Source: Nitrosopumilaceae archaeon (GTDB taxonomy: Archaea; Thermoproteota; Nitrososphaeria; Nitrososphaerales; Nitrosopumilaceae). From it: DNA of 64,000 bases. The translations under genes and the position numbers were made by a program. Every line of letters starts with the position of its first letter. Position 1 is the first letter of the stretch. The notes beneath the pieces were generated by a model, which saw only the letters and a program-made list of their open reading frames with translations, made no database searches and was not told where the DNA came from. Location: assembly GCA_965200155.1 (NCBI GenBank), contig CBDATR010000010.1:288001-352000 (forward strand), in the 5' to 3' direction. Of the stretch, positions 10,659 through 20,121 are shown piece by piece.

Positions 10659-11867
10659 TTATAACAACTCATCAAGATTGTTATCCTCACGTAGTGTTCT
10701 CATAATAAGTTCGGAGGAGATGTTTAGACTGAACTTTTTTGTCCTCCCATGTGATCCCTGATTAACTATACGCCCATTTATTATACCAGACATTTCCAAT
10801 TCACTTAGTATTTGTGTGACTCTCCTTGGTGTAAGTTCACGTTGTCCTATGCGTCTGCACATGCCTTTGTAGGTTGTATAGATTTTCCCAGTTATAAGAC
10901 CGTTGGAGCGTACCACTGACAGAATTAGTACTTTTTCGTGTAGTGGATAGGATCTTATGGCCGTAACCTCCTTGTCCTCCTCTATCTTCAGATGAGCCGT
11001 CCGTACGTGCTCAGACGTCACACCGCCTGCCTGATCCCTCTCTGCAACCTCACCGGCAACTCTAATCAAATCTATTGCGCGCCGGGCATCACCATGTTCC
11101 CCACCAGCCAGTGCTGCGCATAAACTCAGTGCAGATTCATTCACAACGCCGGGTTGGAATGCTATCTGTACACGTTCTTTTATTATGGAATGTAGTTGTT
11201 CTATGGAATAGTTTGGAAATACTATTTCTTCCTCGCCAAGACTACTAATCACACGAGGATCCAGTCTCTCCTTGAATGTCAAATCATTTGATATTCCAAC
11301 TAGTGTTAGTGATCCGAAAGAGAGTCTCTCGTTGGCCCTAGTTATGTTATATAAGACATCTTTCTGCCCCGCAGAAACCAGTTTGGCCAGAAAATCAATC
11401 TCGTCTATTATCAGGACTACGTTTGCACGACTTTTTTCTATATTGTGCAGCATTCTTTTAAAGACCTCACTTATGGCTATACCAGTCCATGGGAGTTCTT
11501 TCTCATCCATACCAAACTGTCTGCCCAAACTTACCAAAAGTCCATACAATGTAGACTCTTCTTTCGAGTTGGCATAGACCAGTTGTATAGGAAATGTTGA
11601 TCGTTTTACCCTTTCCTGTATTTTTCGTATAACGCGTTTCACGATTAATGTTTTACCAGTACCGGGCTTACCATAAACCAGCATGTTAGAGGGCCTGGAT
11701 CTCCTCAATATTGGAGCTAGTGATTGTGTAACTTGTCTTTGTTCTGCATCTCTGTGTAGCACTGTATCTGGCATATGTGTATAATGTAACACATCCCTAT
11801 TCTGTATCAAAGCGACGCCTGCCTCCATCTCATCTAACATATCATCTATCGGATCAGTTACACTCAC
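10659..11867 (-). CDS. cdc6: Orc1/Cdc6 replication initiator
   Basis: GKPGTGKT Walker A, IIDEID Walker B, GDARRAID, C-terminal wHTH; probable GTG start 11867. Confidence 0.95.
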   Translation of the reverse strand: MSVTDPIDDMLDEMEAGVALIQNRDVLHYTHMPDTVLHRDAEQRQVTQSLAPILRRSRPSNMLVYGKPGTGKTLIVKRVIRKIQERVKRSTFPIQLVYANSKEESTLYGLLVSLGRQFGMDEKELPWTGIAISEVFKRMLHNIEKSRANVVLIIDEIDFLAKLVSAGQKDVLYNITRANERLSFGSLTLVGISNDLTFKERLDPRVISSLGEEEIVFPNYSIEQLHSIIKERVQIAFQPGVVNESALSLCAALAGGEHGDARRAIDLIRVAGEVAERDQAGGVTSEHVRTAHLKIEEDKEVTAIRSYPLHEKVLILSVVRSNGLITGKIYTTYKGMCRRIGQRELTPRRVTQILSELEMSGIINGRIVNQGSHGRTKKFSLNISSELIMRTLREDNNLDELL

Positions 11868-12118
11868 ACCACCATTTCCACTGCATAAGGATTTAAGCAC
11901 ATGTTGGTATACTTCACTCATTCTCATTCACTCATTCTCATTTTCATACATCAATGGAGTAGAAATGGTGGGGGGTGTCTATGTTAATCTGGGGTTAACA
12001 TGGATGCTTGGATTGAGAACAGAATGTATCGAATTGACCCCCTCATTTCCACTGCAAGTGTGAAAACACTCCTTAACAACACAAAGAGTTCATATTGACC
12101 CCCTCATTTCCACTGCAA
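11868..12118. promoter_or_regulatory. Replication origin (oriC) with ORB elements
   Basis: Identical 25-mers attgaccccctcatttccactgcaa at 12033-12057 and 12094-12118 (reverse complement TGCAGTGGAAATGAGGGGGT is an ORB with G-string); partial ORBs at 11871-11885 and, inverted, at 11955-11976; directly upstream of cdc6. Confidence 0.85.
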
Positions 12119-12287
12119 ACCTAACACCGATATTGGTCTATGAGAAGATTAACAGATTGTATCACAACTCAGCATGATGGAACGTCATGTTAACAAAACA
12201 CCACACATACAAACACATAGAACAGACAAATTAACAGTTAACAGTAACCGACTATGGTTAAATACTCACATTGTTAACAACTGCGAC

Positions 12288-12653
12288 TTGGTCAGGCGTA
12301 TACGCATAGACATGGATGATGGTGATGGTCTTAAACTGGACATCAAACTGGAGGGCGAGGTAACAAAAGAGAAACTTTTGAAAGTGTATGAAATGATGGA
12401 AATGATGGAAAGTAAACAAACCACAACCCCTGATTCTGTTGGTACCAAAATATGGCATGTGGTGGAGAAATACTTCCCATTGGGTAATTTTACATCATCC
12501 CTTGTACTGGAAAAGTATGAGGACGAGTATAACCAACCTATAAAACTAAGCGTAATCTCCACATATCTATCTCGTTTCACATCCAAGTCGAAACTAAAGA
12601 GAAAGAAGACCGGTAAAGAATGGATGTATGTTCTACCCACAATCACCGCATAA
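12288..12653 (+). CDS. Hypothetical protein, probable winged-helix fold
   Basis: RIRIDM...IKLSVISTYLSRF...GKEWMY; probable TTG start 12288. Confidence 0.7.
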   Translation: MVRRIRIDMDDGDGLKLDIKLEGEVTKEKLLKVYEMMEMMESKQTTTPDSVGTKIWHVVEKYFPLGNFTSSLVLEKYEDEYNQPIKLSVISTYLSRFTSKSKLKRKKTGKEWMYVLPTITA

Positions 12654-12673
12654 ATGTATTAGTGCCAAATATA

Positions 12674-15600
12674 TCAATAGTCTGAGAGTAATGTCTGCTC
12701 TCCTGAACCCTTACCGAACAACAAATCAATCTCTGCCGCAAGTGAGCGAATACGGTCTTTATGATAGGGTCCTACATCATACTTATTCACAAGACTTCTT
12801 GCCATCCTAAGATATTTTTCAACTGACCCCCTGGTTATTGTTAGTATGAGTTTTTGACCACAAACACATTTTCCGGTTAATGGAAAACGCCTGTATACCA
12901 AACCACATTTTGTGCAGTGTAGTTTTTGTCGTGCATAAGAACGTAGATTGCCCATAATATCTGGTACCAAATGTGTGGATACCACATAAGTTACAGTCTC
13001 TGTAAGATCTACAGCATCTATAATGTTTGCATTTTTTATCTGTAAATCCAGCTTATCCAACATAGATTCCAGTGTGGAGTATGCGCTGCGGGATTTTGTA
13101 GTCACCAACAAACTTGTGTCATGTGTGAACCTATAGTCCGTAAACTGTTCTATCATACCCAACCTATCCTTCACAATTTCCACTGATCGTACAGAGGTTG
13201 CCTTGGGTTCTTGCAATGTTTGCTCAAAAAACTCCAAAGGAAAAGCGTCACAAATCTCCATGTTATGTGCCTGGGGTTGGGATTCATACGGCACCACTAT
13301 TGGCTGTACTAGGAGGGGTGCGTCCATCAGCCCCCCAATCTTGTCCGACAAAAGATGCTTGGAAAAATTCAAAAACACATCAAGTAATAACATCATGGAG
13401 TCTGCATCACCATCGGCATCCCTCCGCTTGGCTGAGTGCCAGTTCGGCGTAGCATAACACACATGAGTTTTTACAAAACCTATCACACGACCCACTATAC
13501 CCACAGATGTGTGTGGCGCAAGCCCTACCACTAAATGTCCTACAAACTGGCGCGGTTCACTAACACGATAAAATCTCTCCTTACCATACAACTTTGTAAG
13601 CAGGTCATCAATATACAAAGCGGAATCAACAAAGAAGCGACCGCTCTCTTCTGGCAATATTATATCCTGCATCATTAATTCAACCATCTGGTTCTCATCG
13701 GTGAGGGGTTTGCCGTACATATCTGTCTCATACCCCAAACCCCTCAAAACCTCAACTGCAGTCCCTATCCAAGACGGTCTGAAGTGTGTGAGTGTTGAAT
13801 TGGTTGCATCATAGCGCACCGTCCCATCCTTAAACACGGTTATGTTGTGTGCCTGTCGCAACAACCCCTTCTCTAAAGGCTCTGCCATCCTGTCCTGCCC
13901 TATGAGACTCTTAACTCCCTTGAGTGGCTCTTTGGCTCTATATCCCACCTTCTCCTGCGCCCGTTTCAACTCATCCTTTAGGGGAAATGTGTGGAAGGTG
14001 TGTGCCGGGGCCTTCTTCTGACACCTGTCACAAAAAGGTTCCTTCAACAAATCCCGACAATATTTACACCTGTACATCATAACCACATCACCACCACACC
14101 GTTGGCATACCACACCAAAGGCTGGCATCTCACACACAACACACGTCCTAAGAGAAATCTCCGTGTAGAAATCACCACCCTCTTTTAACATCTTCAACAG
14201 GTCCCGTTTTGGTCCCCCCCTATCACCTACAGGAAAGAGTGTGTGGATAGCTGGTCTCATTGATCTGGGGGCAGCCTTCTCCGGGCGACCCACACGCACT
14301 CCCACCGATGTAGAAAATTTTGGAAGAATTTGTATTCCCGATGATTGACTCAATGCAGAGGGCACGGGAATATCTGATGGCGGATCATTACATAGTACAA
14401 TATTGTGAAAAACTTCAGCCTCATCATCACTCAAAACAACCAATCCATCGCGTAACATGTGAGGAACCCCTAACATCTCCAGAACACTCTTCACTTTTAC
14501 ACTATACACAACAATACCAGGACCAGTTCTCTCTGGTTTTAGAATCATACTGAGCTGTTCCGGTGTTATAAGATCCCAAAAGTACAGGTATTTTGGGTGT
14601 AGCGGAATATTCCACCTCTTCGCAAGCGCCAGGGCCTCGGATAGTGTTGGGGTGTGTCCGGCATACGACTCCCCGCTTCCCCCAGCCTGTACTAGTTGAG
14701 CGTGCCAATATTCTTCCACATATCCTGTGCGTACCATGGGCGCATTGTTCTCCAAAAAATCACCAAAAGACACTAGCATATCACCCAGATGCAAAATCCT
14801 CTCCATATCCCGCCTGATCTTGATGGCATGAGCTGTATCCCTAACCCTAACTACATCACCACTCTTTAGCAGAATGGTTGGCGGGTCTATGGAGTCAACA
14901 AAGGCAATTGTAGCTCCCTTGCCAGGCATGTTCATCTTTACCTGCGTCCCTGCCACAACAGTATGATCTAACAACTCCGCCACGGCAGGATGTATGCCCA
15001 CCGATGCAAAGCCGGTATTACACGCCCGGCCATATCTTAGCCGAAAACCGCCCGGCTTACCCGCGGTGGATAGAACAGAACGGCCCACTATCACCTCCTG
15101 CATACGCTTAGACGCAGCATCCTCCTCTCCCTCGGTAATAACAGCGCCTTTGAGATCCGCCAGCCACTCCCATCCCTTCAACTCATACATCTCTATTCTG
15201 CGTAACAACTTCTTTGCCCTACCGATAAGGCCATCATTGAGAACCCTCAAAGCCCCGCCTCGCACACGATCTGTCTTTATACGGCGCATGTTACGATGGT
15301 TAACCACCTCAGAAGAATCAGTATCAACACCAGCTAATTCTACCGGAAGATGGGTTATCACATGTATGATATCCTCATCTACCACACGATATTGGAAATT
15401 TCCAGCATCCCTCTCATAGACCCTCAACTCTTCCACAAAACGTCCCGGCTCGTCGTCCCGGCCTGTGTCGGCTACATAAGAATCCAGTCCTACTATGGTT
15501 CTGACATGATCAGCTATTAGCATAGTGACCGCGGATTCCGTTCCTCCGGCAGAGCGCATGGGACCTGCTATGGATACTGATAGGTGGCGCGACCCGTCGT

Positions 15601-16015
15601 TATTTTCACCAATACTTACACTGTTTATTCCCTGCAGGGGAGCTATGGTGACCCCCTCAGTTACCACTGCCAATCCTACACGTACTGCAGTATCCAGGTG
15701 CTGCTCCAAGGTGGAATCCGCGGGCATGTATTTGCCCTGGGCTATGCTTTCTGCCAACTTGAGAGCTGCCAGTTCCTTGCCAACTGTACCCAAAAGCTCC
15801 CGTAGGGGCTCGGCTATATCAATACCGTGCATCTTGGCCACCCTGTCAGATAGATCGTATGCTATCTTTGATTCTACAACCCGGGTCAGGTCCATACCGG
15901 TAGCCCTGGCTTCACTGGCGATACCATCCATGATGGCTGTCTGGGACACCAACGAGTCATAATATGACCGGTAATGTTCCGGCATGGGAACCCCGCTTAT
16001 TGGAGCCTGAGACAT
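12674..16015 (-). CDS. polC: DNA polymerase D large subunit DP2
   Basis: 1113 aa; GPMRSAGGT, GGFRLRYGR, KRRDADGDAD catalytic motif, zinc fingers. Confidence 0.97.
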   Translation of the reverse strand: MSQAPISGVPMPEHYRSYYDSLVSQTAIMDGIASEARATGMDLTRVVESKIAYDLSDRVAKMHGIDIAEPLRELLGTVGKELAALKLAESIAQGKYMPADSTLEQHLDTAVRVGLAVVTEGVTIAPLQGINSVSIGENNDGSRHLSVSIAGPMRSAGGTESAVTMLIADHVRTIVGLDSYVADTGRDDEPGRFVEELRVYERDAGNFQYRVVDEDIIHVITHLPVELAGVDTDSSEVVNHRNMRRIKTDRVRGGALRVLNDGLIGRAKKLLRRIEMYELKGWEWLADLKGAVITEGEEDAASKRMQEVIVGRSVLSTAGKPGGFRLRYGRACNTGFASVGIHPAVAELLDHTVVAGTQVKMNMPGKGATIAFVDSIDPPTILLKSGDVVRVRDTAHAIKIRRDMERILHLGDMLVSFGDFLENNAPMVRTGYVEEYWHAQLVQAGGSGESYAGHTPTLSEALALAKRWNIPLHPKYLYFWDLITPEQLSMILKPERTGPGIVVYSVKVKSVLEMLGVPHMLRDGLVVLSDDEAEVFHNIVLCNDPPSDIPVPSALSQSSGIQILPKFSTSVGVRVGRPEKAAPRSMRPAIHTLFPVGDRGGPKRDLLKMLKEGGDFYTEISLRTCVVCEMPAFGVVCQRCGGDVVMMYRCKYCRDLLKEPFCDRCQKKAPAHTFHTFPLKDELKRAQEKVGYRAKEPLKGVKSLIGQDRMAEPLEKGLLRQAHNITVFKDGTVRYDATNSTLTHFRPSWIGTAVEVLRGLGYETDMYGKPLTDENQMVELMMQDIILPEESGRFFVDSALYIDDLLTKLYGKERFYRVSEPRQFVGHLVVGLAPHTSVGIVGRVIGFVKTHVCYATPNWHSAKRRDADGDADSMMLLLDVFLNFSKHLLSDKIGGLMDAPLLVQPIVVPYESQPQAHNMEICDAFPLEFFEQTLQEPKATSVRSVEIVKDRLGMIEQFTDYRFTHDTSLLVTTKSRSAYSTLESMLDKLDLQIKNANIIDAVDLTETVTYVVSTHLVPDIMGNLRSYARQKLHCTKCGLVYRRFPLTGKCVCGQKLILTITRGSVEKYLRMARSLVNKYDVGPYHKDRIRSLAAEIDLLFGKGSGEQTLLSDY

Positions 16016-16752
16016 TAGCGTATGGCTCTAGCTATCTTCCCAAACTCGTCTATACCGCCACCTTTCTCTAGTAGTGTACCAATCACTATGGCGTTGGCTC
16101 CTGCCTCGGCTATGGCCAGCGCAGTCTCTTTGTCCCTAATACCACCACCCACAATAAGAAAACCGTCGAAAGCCTTCCGTACTGCTCCAACCATTTTGGG
16201 TGTTATTGAGCACTCGGCACCGGATCCTGCCTCCAAATATACAAACCTCATTCCCAAAAAACCTGCAGCCATGGAATATGCTGCAGCTATCTGCGGCTTG
16301 TCAAACGGTATGGCTCTGGCGGATCCGACAAACCATGCGGACGTGTCCCTGCCAACTACAAGATATGCTGTGGGGAGTGGCTCTAGCTTGAACTTGCGTA
16401 TGTTGGGGGCGCCCAATGCCTGGGCCTGAGATATGTAATACGGATTCTCCGAGTTCATGAGAGAGCTGAATAAAATGGCATCCGCTCCGGGTACCATTCC
16501 AGTTATGTTACCGGGGAAAAGTATGAGTGGTATTTTAATCTCCTGCTTTATCCTCTTCACCACCCCTGCTAACTCAAACTGGTTTGTAGCCGAGGAGCCG
16601 CCAACCAGTATGGAAGATGCGCCCATCTCCTGAACTGCCAGAGATCGACGTGCTGCCTCTTCCGCTTGTGACTCCTCAGAGTCTATTAGAACAAACAAGA
16701 GCGTCCGCTTCCGGTTCAGCTCGGCCTTCAGGAACTCTTCGGTCTTGCCCAT
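16015..16752 (-). CDS. Geranylgeranylglyceryl phosphate synthase
   Basis: ILVGGS, ILFPG, YLEAGSGA, VGGGIR (GGGPS/PcrB TIM barrel). Confidence 0.92.
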   Translation of the reverse strand: MGKTEEFLKAELNRKRTLLFVLIDSEESQAEEAARRSLAVQEMGASSILVGGSSATNQFELAGVVKRIKQEIKIPLILFPGNITGMVPGADAILFSSLMNSENPYYISQAQALGAPNIRKFKLEPLPTAYLVVGRDTSAWFVGSARAIPFDKPQIAAAYSMAAGFLGMRFVYLEAGSGAECSITPKMVGAVRKAFDGFLIVGGGIRDKETALAIAEAGANAIVIGTLLEKGGGIDEFGKIARAIR

Positions 16753-16814
16753 GAGCTGCTGTTATGCGTATCACTTTAAAATCTTTAAGTGTGTGCATAC
16801 AATTTTGTATAGCT

Positions 16815-17198
16815 ATGGGGATTGAGAAAAAGTATAATTTTAACAAGATAGTACAAAAAATAATAGAAAAATCACTGTTTACTGAGAGACAAATTGAAAT
16901 TATTCTACAATCTGGTACTGGCAACCAGATTCCTAGAACCATAAGCCGTGGTGCATACTACAGACAGCGAAGGCAGACTAATGATAAACTAACAGCGTTA
17001 CTTTACTCTGTGATACTCATGTATGGTTTGGGTGTGTTGCCGCGTGATACACTTGATGTGCTGGGACAAATATCACAACAAGTTACTGTGATTTTTGATA
17101 GTGATGTTGATGACACACACAGCGAGATGGTTATGCGCTTGTTGGATGATACGGTGCAGGCCGCCATTACAAATCTTGACGGATCTGGTCATAAATGA
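16815..17198 (+). CDS. Conserved archaeal hypothetical protein, putative DNA-binding
   Basis: SLFTERQIEII...ISRGAYYRQ helix-turn-helix-like pattern. Confidence 0.65.
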   Translation: MGIEKKYNFNKIVQKIIEKSLFTERQIEIILQSGTGNQIPRTISRGAYYRQRRQTNDKLTALLYSVILMYGLGVLPRDTLDVLGQISQQVTVIFDSDVDDTHSEMVMRLLDDTVQAAITNLDGSGHK

Positions 17199-17400
17199 TT
17201 CAGTGTTGTGATAAAAATATACTAAATCACAATAAAAAGTGATAGTAATGAAACTGTGATTTAATGCGTGATTCTCTTTGCTCTGCACATAGCAGTAACC
17301 GGACTGTGTTTTTAGGTTGGTGTTACTGTCTTTTTGAATCATCGTATTCTGTGATATGTGAGTGATAAGCCTTAAATGATAATCACACAATTGGGAGTAT

Positions 17401-17805
17401 ATGCTGATAGATGATCCTGTATGGTTTGTCATAGTATGCGTTGTGACATTTGCAATCACAACATGCGCATCATACATACTAAATCACAACCAACATCACA
17501 ACCTAAAACATCTTGAGAATGAGATTATTAGACTACGGTTGGAGTTGGACAGGATGCGGCTAGGTGAGCCAAAGCAGGCCACTATTACATCCCGTACAAA
17601 GGCGGAGACAAGGGTGGAAGAGATACTTCAGATTGTGGGCGAGGATCCTAAAACTGCCCGCCAAATACGATCTACTTTGGGTCAGAGTCGTGAGCATGTG
17701 GCTAGATTGGTCAAGAAGATGACCGATGCCGGTTATCTGGAGCGCCTGGAAACTAGACCATTCACGTATGTCATCACCGACAGGGGCAAGACATTACTGA
17801 AATAG
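17401..17805 (+). CDS. Membrane-anchored winged-helix protein
   Basis: N-terminal hydrophobic helix, coiled coil, TARQIR..LGQSREHVARLVKKM...YVITDRG. Confidence 0.7.
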   Translation: MLIDDPVWFVIVCVVTFAITTCASYILNHNQHHNLKHLENEIIRLRLELDRMRLGEPKQATITSRTKAETRVEEILQIVGEDPKTARQIRSTLGQSREHVARLVKKMTDAGYLERLETRPFTYVITDRGKTLLK

Positions 17806-17819
17806 CAGCCTGAATCTAG

Positions 17820-17911
17820 GTATGAATTCACGTCTTCCGGAATCTTGTGCACAAATCACATTAACTGTCGCGATCAGTTGTGCGTAAATTTAGACACAGG
17901 TGAACTCATAT
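17820..17911 (+). mobile_element. 92-bp MITE
   Basis: Consensus match; TSD gaatctag. Confidence 0.93.
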
Positions 17912-17973
17912 GAATCTAGCACCCGATAGTGGGGCATCACGTGACTCTGGTACCTTGGTTACCGGGGCTGTGC

Positions 17974-18932
17974 TGTAATGTATGAAAAGTCGGTCCGCTA
18001 GTCATTGGCATCCCACTCCATCCATTTTGCATCATTTGCCCTAATTGTCTGGGTCGCCTTTTTATTCCTGAAGCGGTGTTTCGCCGTTATCTATCCAGTG
18101 AGAAGTGCAATCTTCTCCCATTGTACTAGTCTACATAATCCCGGAGACTGTCATAATGCCATATCTCATTGGACTCTTAAATAAGAGTCCCCTCGTCCTC
18201 AATCATTCCATGGAAGCGCTCCAGTTTGCCATTTGTCGGCGGGTGGTATGGTCTGGAATTGATTAGTATGATGTCTTGATTCAGCAGTTCTTCCTAGAAT
18301 AGTGGGCTTCCAGTTCTTTTTGCCCTTTTATTGTCCTACGAAACACGCGTCGTTATCCGAGATGCAGGGGCGCCGAATCGTTCTATCACCAATCTCAGTA
18401 ATAGAACGGCGTTCTCTGAGGTTGCATGCTCAAATAGTGCCGCTCCGACTATACACCTGGATGCATCATCTATGAGATTCAGTCCCTTGAAGCGCTCATC
18501 TTTTCATGACATGCTAGTGCCACATTGCATTGGAATATTTACGCTCATAGCGTACCCACTCTGACTTTGCAGGTGATGATCCTGCCGTACCGTTCTTTTT
18601 CATTATGCGACATACTGCGCGATATATTGTCATTCTGTCTAAGCCTCTTTGCAATACGTACTACTCCGGCGGGATCCTTCCTGTATGCTTCAGTTACCAT
18701 TCGTATCTGGGTGTCGGTGGTTGGCATCATGGGCCTGCACATCTTTACTCGAGTCGTTCCCGTTCTCTGGTTCACAATCTTCGTACGTGTCTTGTTTCAG
18801 GTCTTGAGCTATGTTGGTTGTGGCAACGCCTCTTTTGTCTTGATTCCTCTGTTATTCTCTTTACCATCTGGCTTGTGCAATCTGAACTACTGTACGCCGG
18901 ATCCTAAGCGGACTTACTTTTCGTACTATTGA
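17974..18932 (-). mobile_element. IS481-family element, degenerate transposase (copy 1)
   Basis: Imperfect TIR tgtaatgtatgaaaagtcggtccgct / agcggacttacttttcgtactattga; IDDASR and TNGKLER integrase motifs; 16-bp flank duplication. Confidence 0.82.
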
Positions 18933-18984
18933 GTTACCGGTGCTGTGCCATAAAGCGTATTAGTTACTATATGTAATCTAACAT

Positions 18985-19200
18985 GTGAATCTTGAGAAGT
19001 GTTGCTATTGTGGAGAGATGACAGATATGCCTTTCCAATGCAACTACTGCCACGACTTTTTCTGCGCGGAGCACCGGCTGCCGGAGGAGCATCGTTGCGT
19101 CAAACTAACACTTATTCGTGCAAAAAAATTTGGGGAGAAGCGAGTGATTAGAGACGCCGGTACCTCCAAGAGTCTGTTCCGACGAATATTCAGGCTCTAG
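18985..19200 (+). CDS. AN1-type zinc finger protein
   Basis: CxxC...PFQCNYCHDFFCAEHRLPEEHRC. Confidence 0.88.
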   Translation: MNLEKCCYCGEMTDMPFQCNYCHDFFCAEHRLPEEHRCVKLTLIRAKKFGEKRVIRDAGTSKSLFRRIFRL

Positions 19201-19484
19201 TAGGGACTCATATCCGGTGATATGCGAGCCCGCTTACCCTGGTATATCAGGGCCGCGGCCAGAGCGAATAGTACTAGTCCGGTTAATGGAAAATTTTGGG
19301 GAGCCGGTAGCAGGAACCAGTAATACGTGCCAAACCCCACAGAGACGCCCGCTTGAGCCCAGAGCTTGGCCCATTTGGGAGCTCGCACTATTCGGCTTAC
19401 ACCCTCCACAGCCAAAATTCCCAAAACGGGGTAAATAGTATAGTATAGAAAATCAATAACATCTACTCCGGTATGGGACACCAT
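19197..19484 (-). CDS. Small membrane protein
   Basis: Three hydrophobic segments. Confidence 0.65.
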   Translation of the reverse strand: MVSHTGVDVIDFLYYTIYPVLGILAVEGVSRIVRAPKWAKLWAQAGVSVGFGTYYWFLLPAPQNFPLTGLVLFALAAALIYQGKRARISPDMSPY

Positions 19485-19542
19485 TATTCACTAGCATCGT
19501 GTATTATAAAATCGAATGCGAGCTGATGGTTAACTTGAGCCA

Positions 19543-20085
19543 TCAAGCCCAGTTTACCCGGACGGCACTACCTTGTTCTATCAGGGCTCTCGCATTGTCA
19601 TAGGTAATCGAGGCTATGTCTTCTGCCTCGAAGGGTCCATAGGAGTTGTAGTCTGATCCGGTTAGTGTATCGACATCCTTTGTGAATCTCACCGTTATGC
19701 GTCGACTCTTGTGTTTCTGCGAGACATACTCCAAAAACCTAGTCCGTCCGTGGGATGTGGAGTTTATCAACAAGTCTATCCTTCTTCGCTTCTCCTCATC
19801 TGCATCCAGTACGTATTTCTCCTCGTCAAGAAGATTGGCCTGTCCCGAGCCTGATCCCTTCTCCAGTCGTATGCGTAGTAGCAACTCTACCAGTCGTGAG
19901 ACCGTGGCAATGAGGGAGTCACGCACCTCGTTTTCCACACCATCGAACTCCTGTCTGTTCAGGCTTCCAATGTACCTTGATATGGTGCGGTACGTGTCAT
20001 CGTCCATCTCCAGAACAGATTCATTCTCGGCCTCCCGGAGTACCATGCCGTACAGCTTATCAATGACTAGATTTTCTCCACTCAT
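19543..20085 (-). CDS. GINS complex subunit (Gins15/51-like)
   Basis: Helical A domain (RLEK..NLLDEEK) plus C-terminal beta domain VRF...YGPFEAEDIA...NARALIEQG. Confidence 0.8.
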   Translation of the reverse strand: MSGENLVIDKLYGMVLREAENESVLEMDDDTYRTISRYIGSLNRQEFDGVENEVRDSLIATVSRLVELLLRIRLEKGSGSGQANLLDEEKYVLDADEEKRRRIDLLINSTSHGRTRFLEYVSQKHKSRRITVRFTKDVDTLTGSDYNSYGPFEAEDIASITYDNARALIEQGSAVRVNWA

Positions 20086-20121
20086 TTCCTAACCCTTAAA
20101 TCATGGCATATTTATCTGACT

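Noticed and set aside
12033-12118. 25-bp direct repeat with a 36-bp gap as another repeat-insert unit or CRISPR
   Set aside because: It matches the archaeal ORB consensus next to cdc6 and has period 61, so it is explained as oriC.
18525-18932. Recurrent 100-150 aa ORFs in IS481 copies (also 24177, 38975, 48463)
   Set aside because: Antisense to the decayed transposase; they recur only because the element is repeated.
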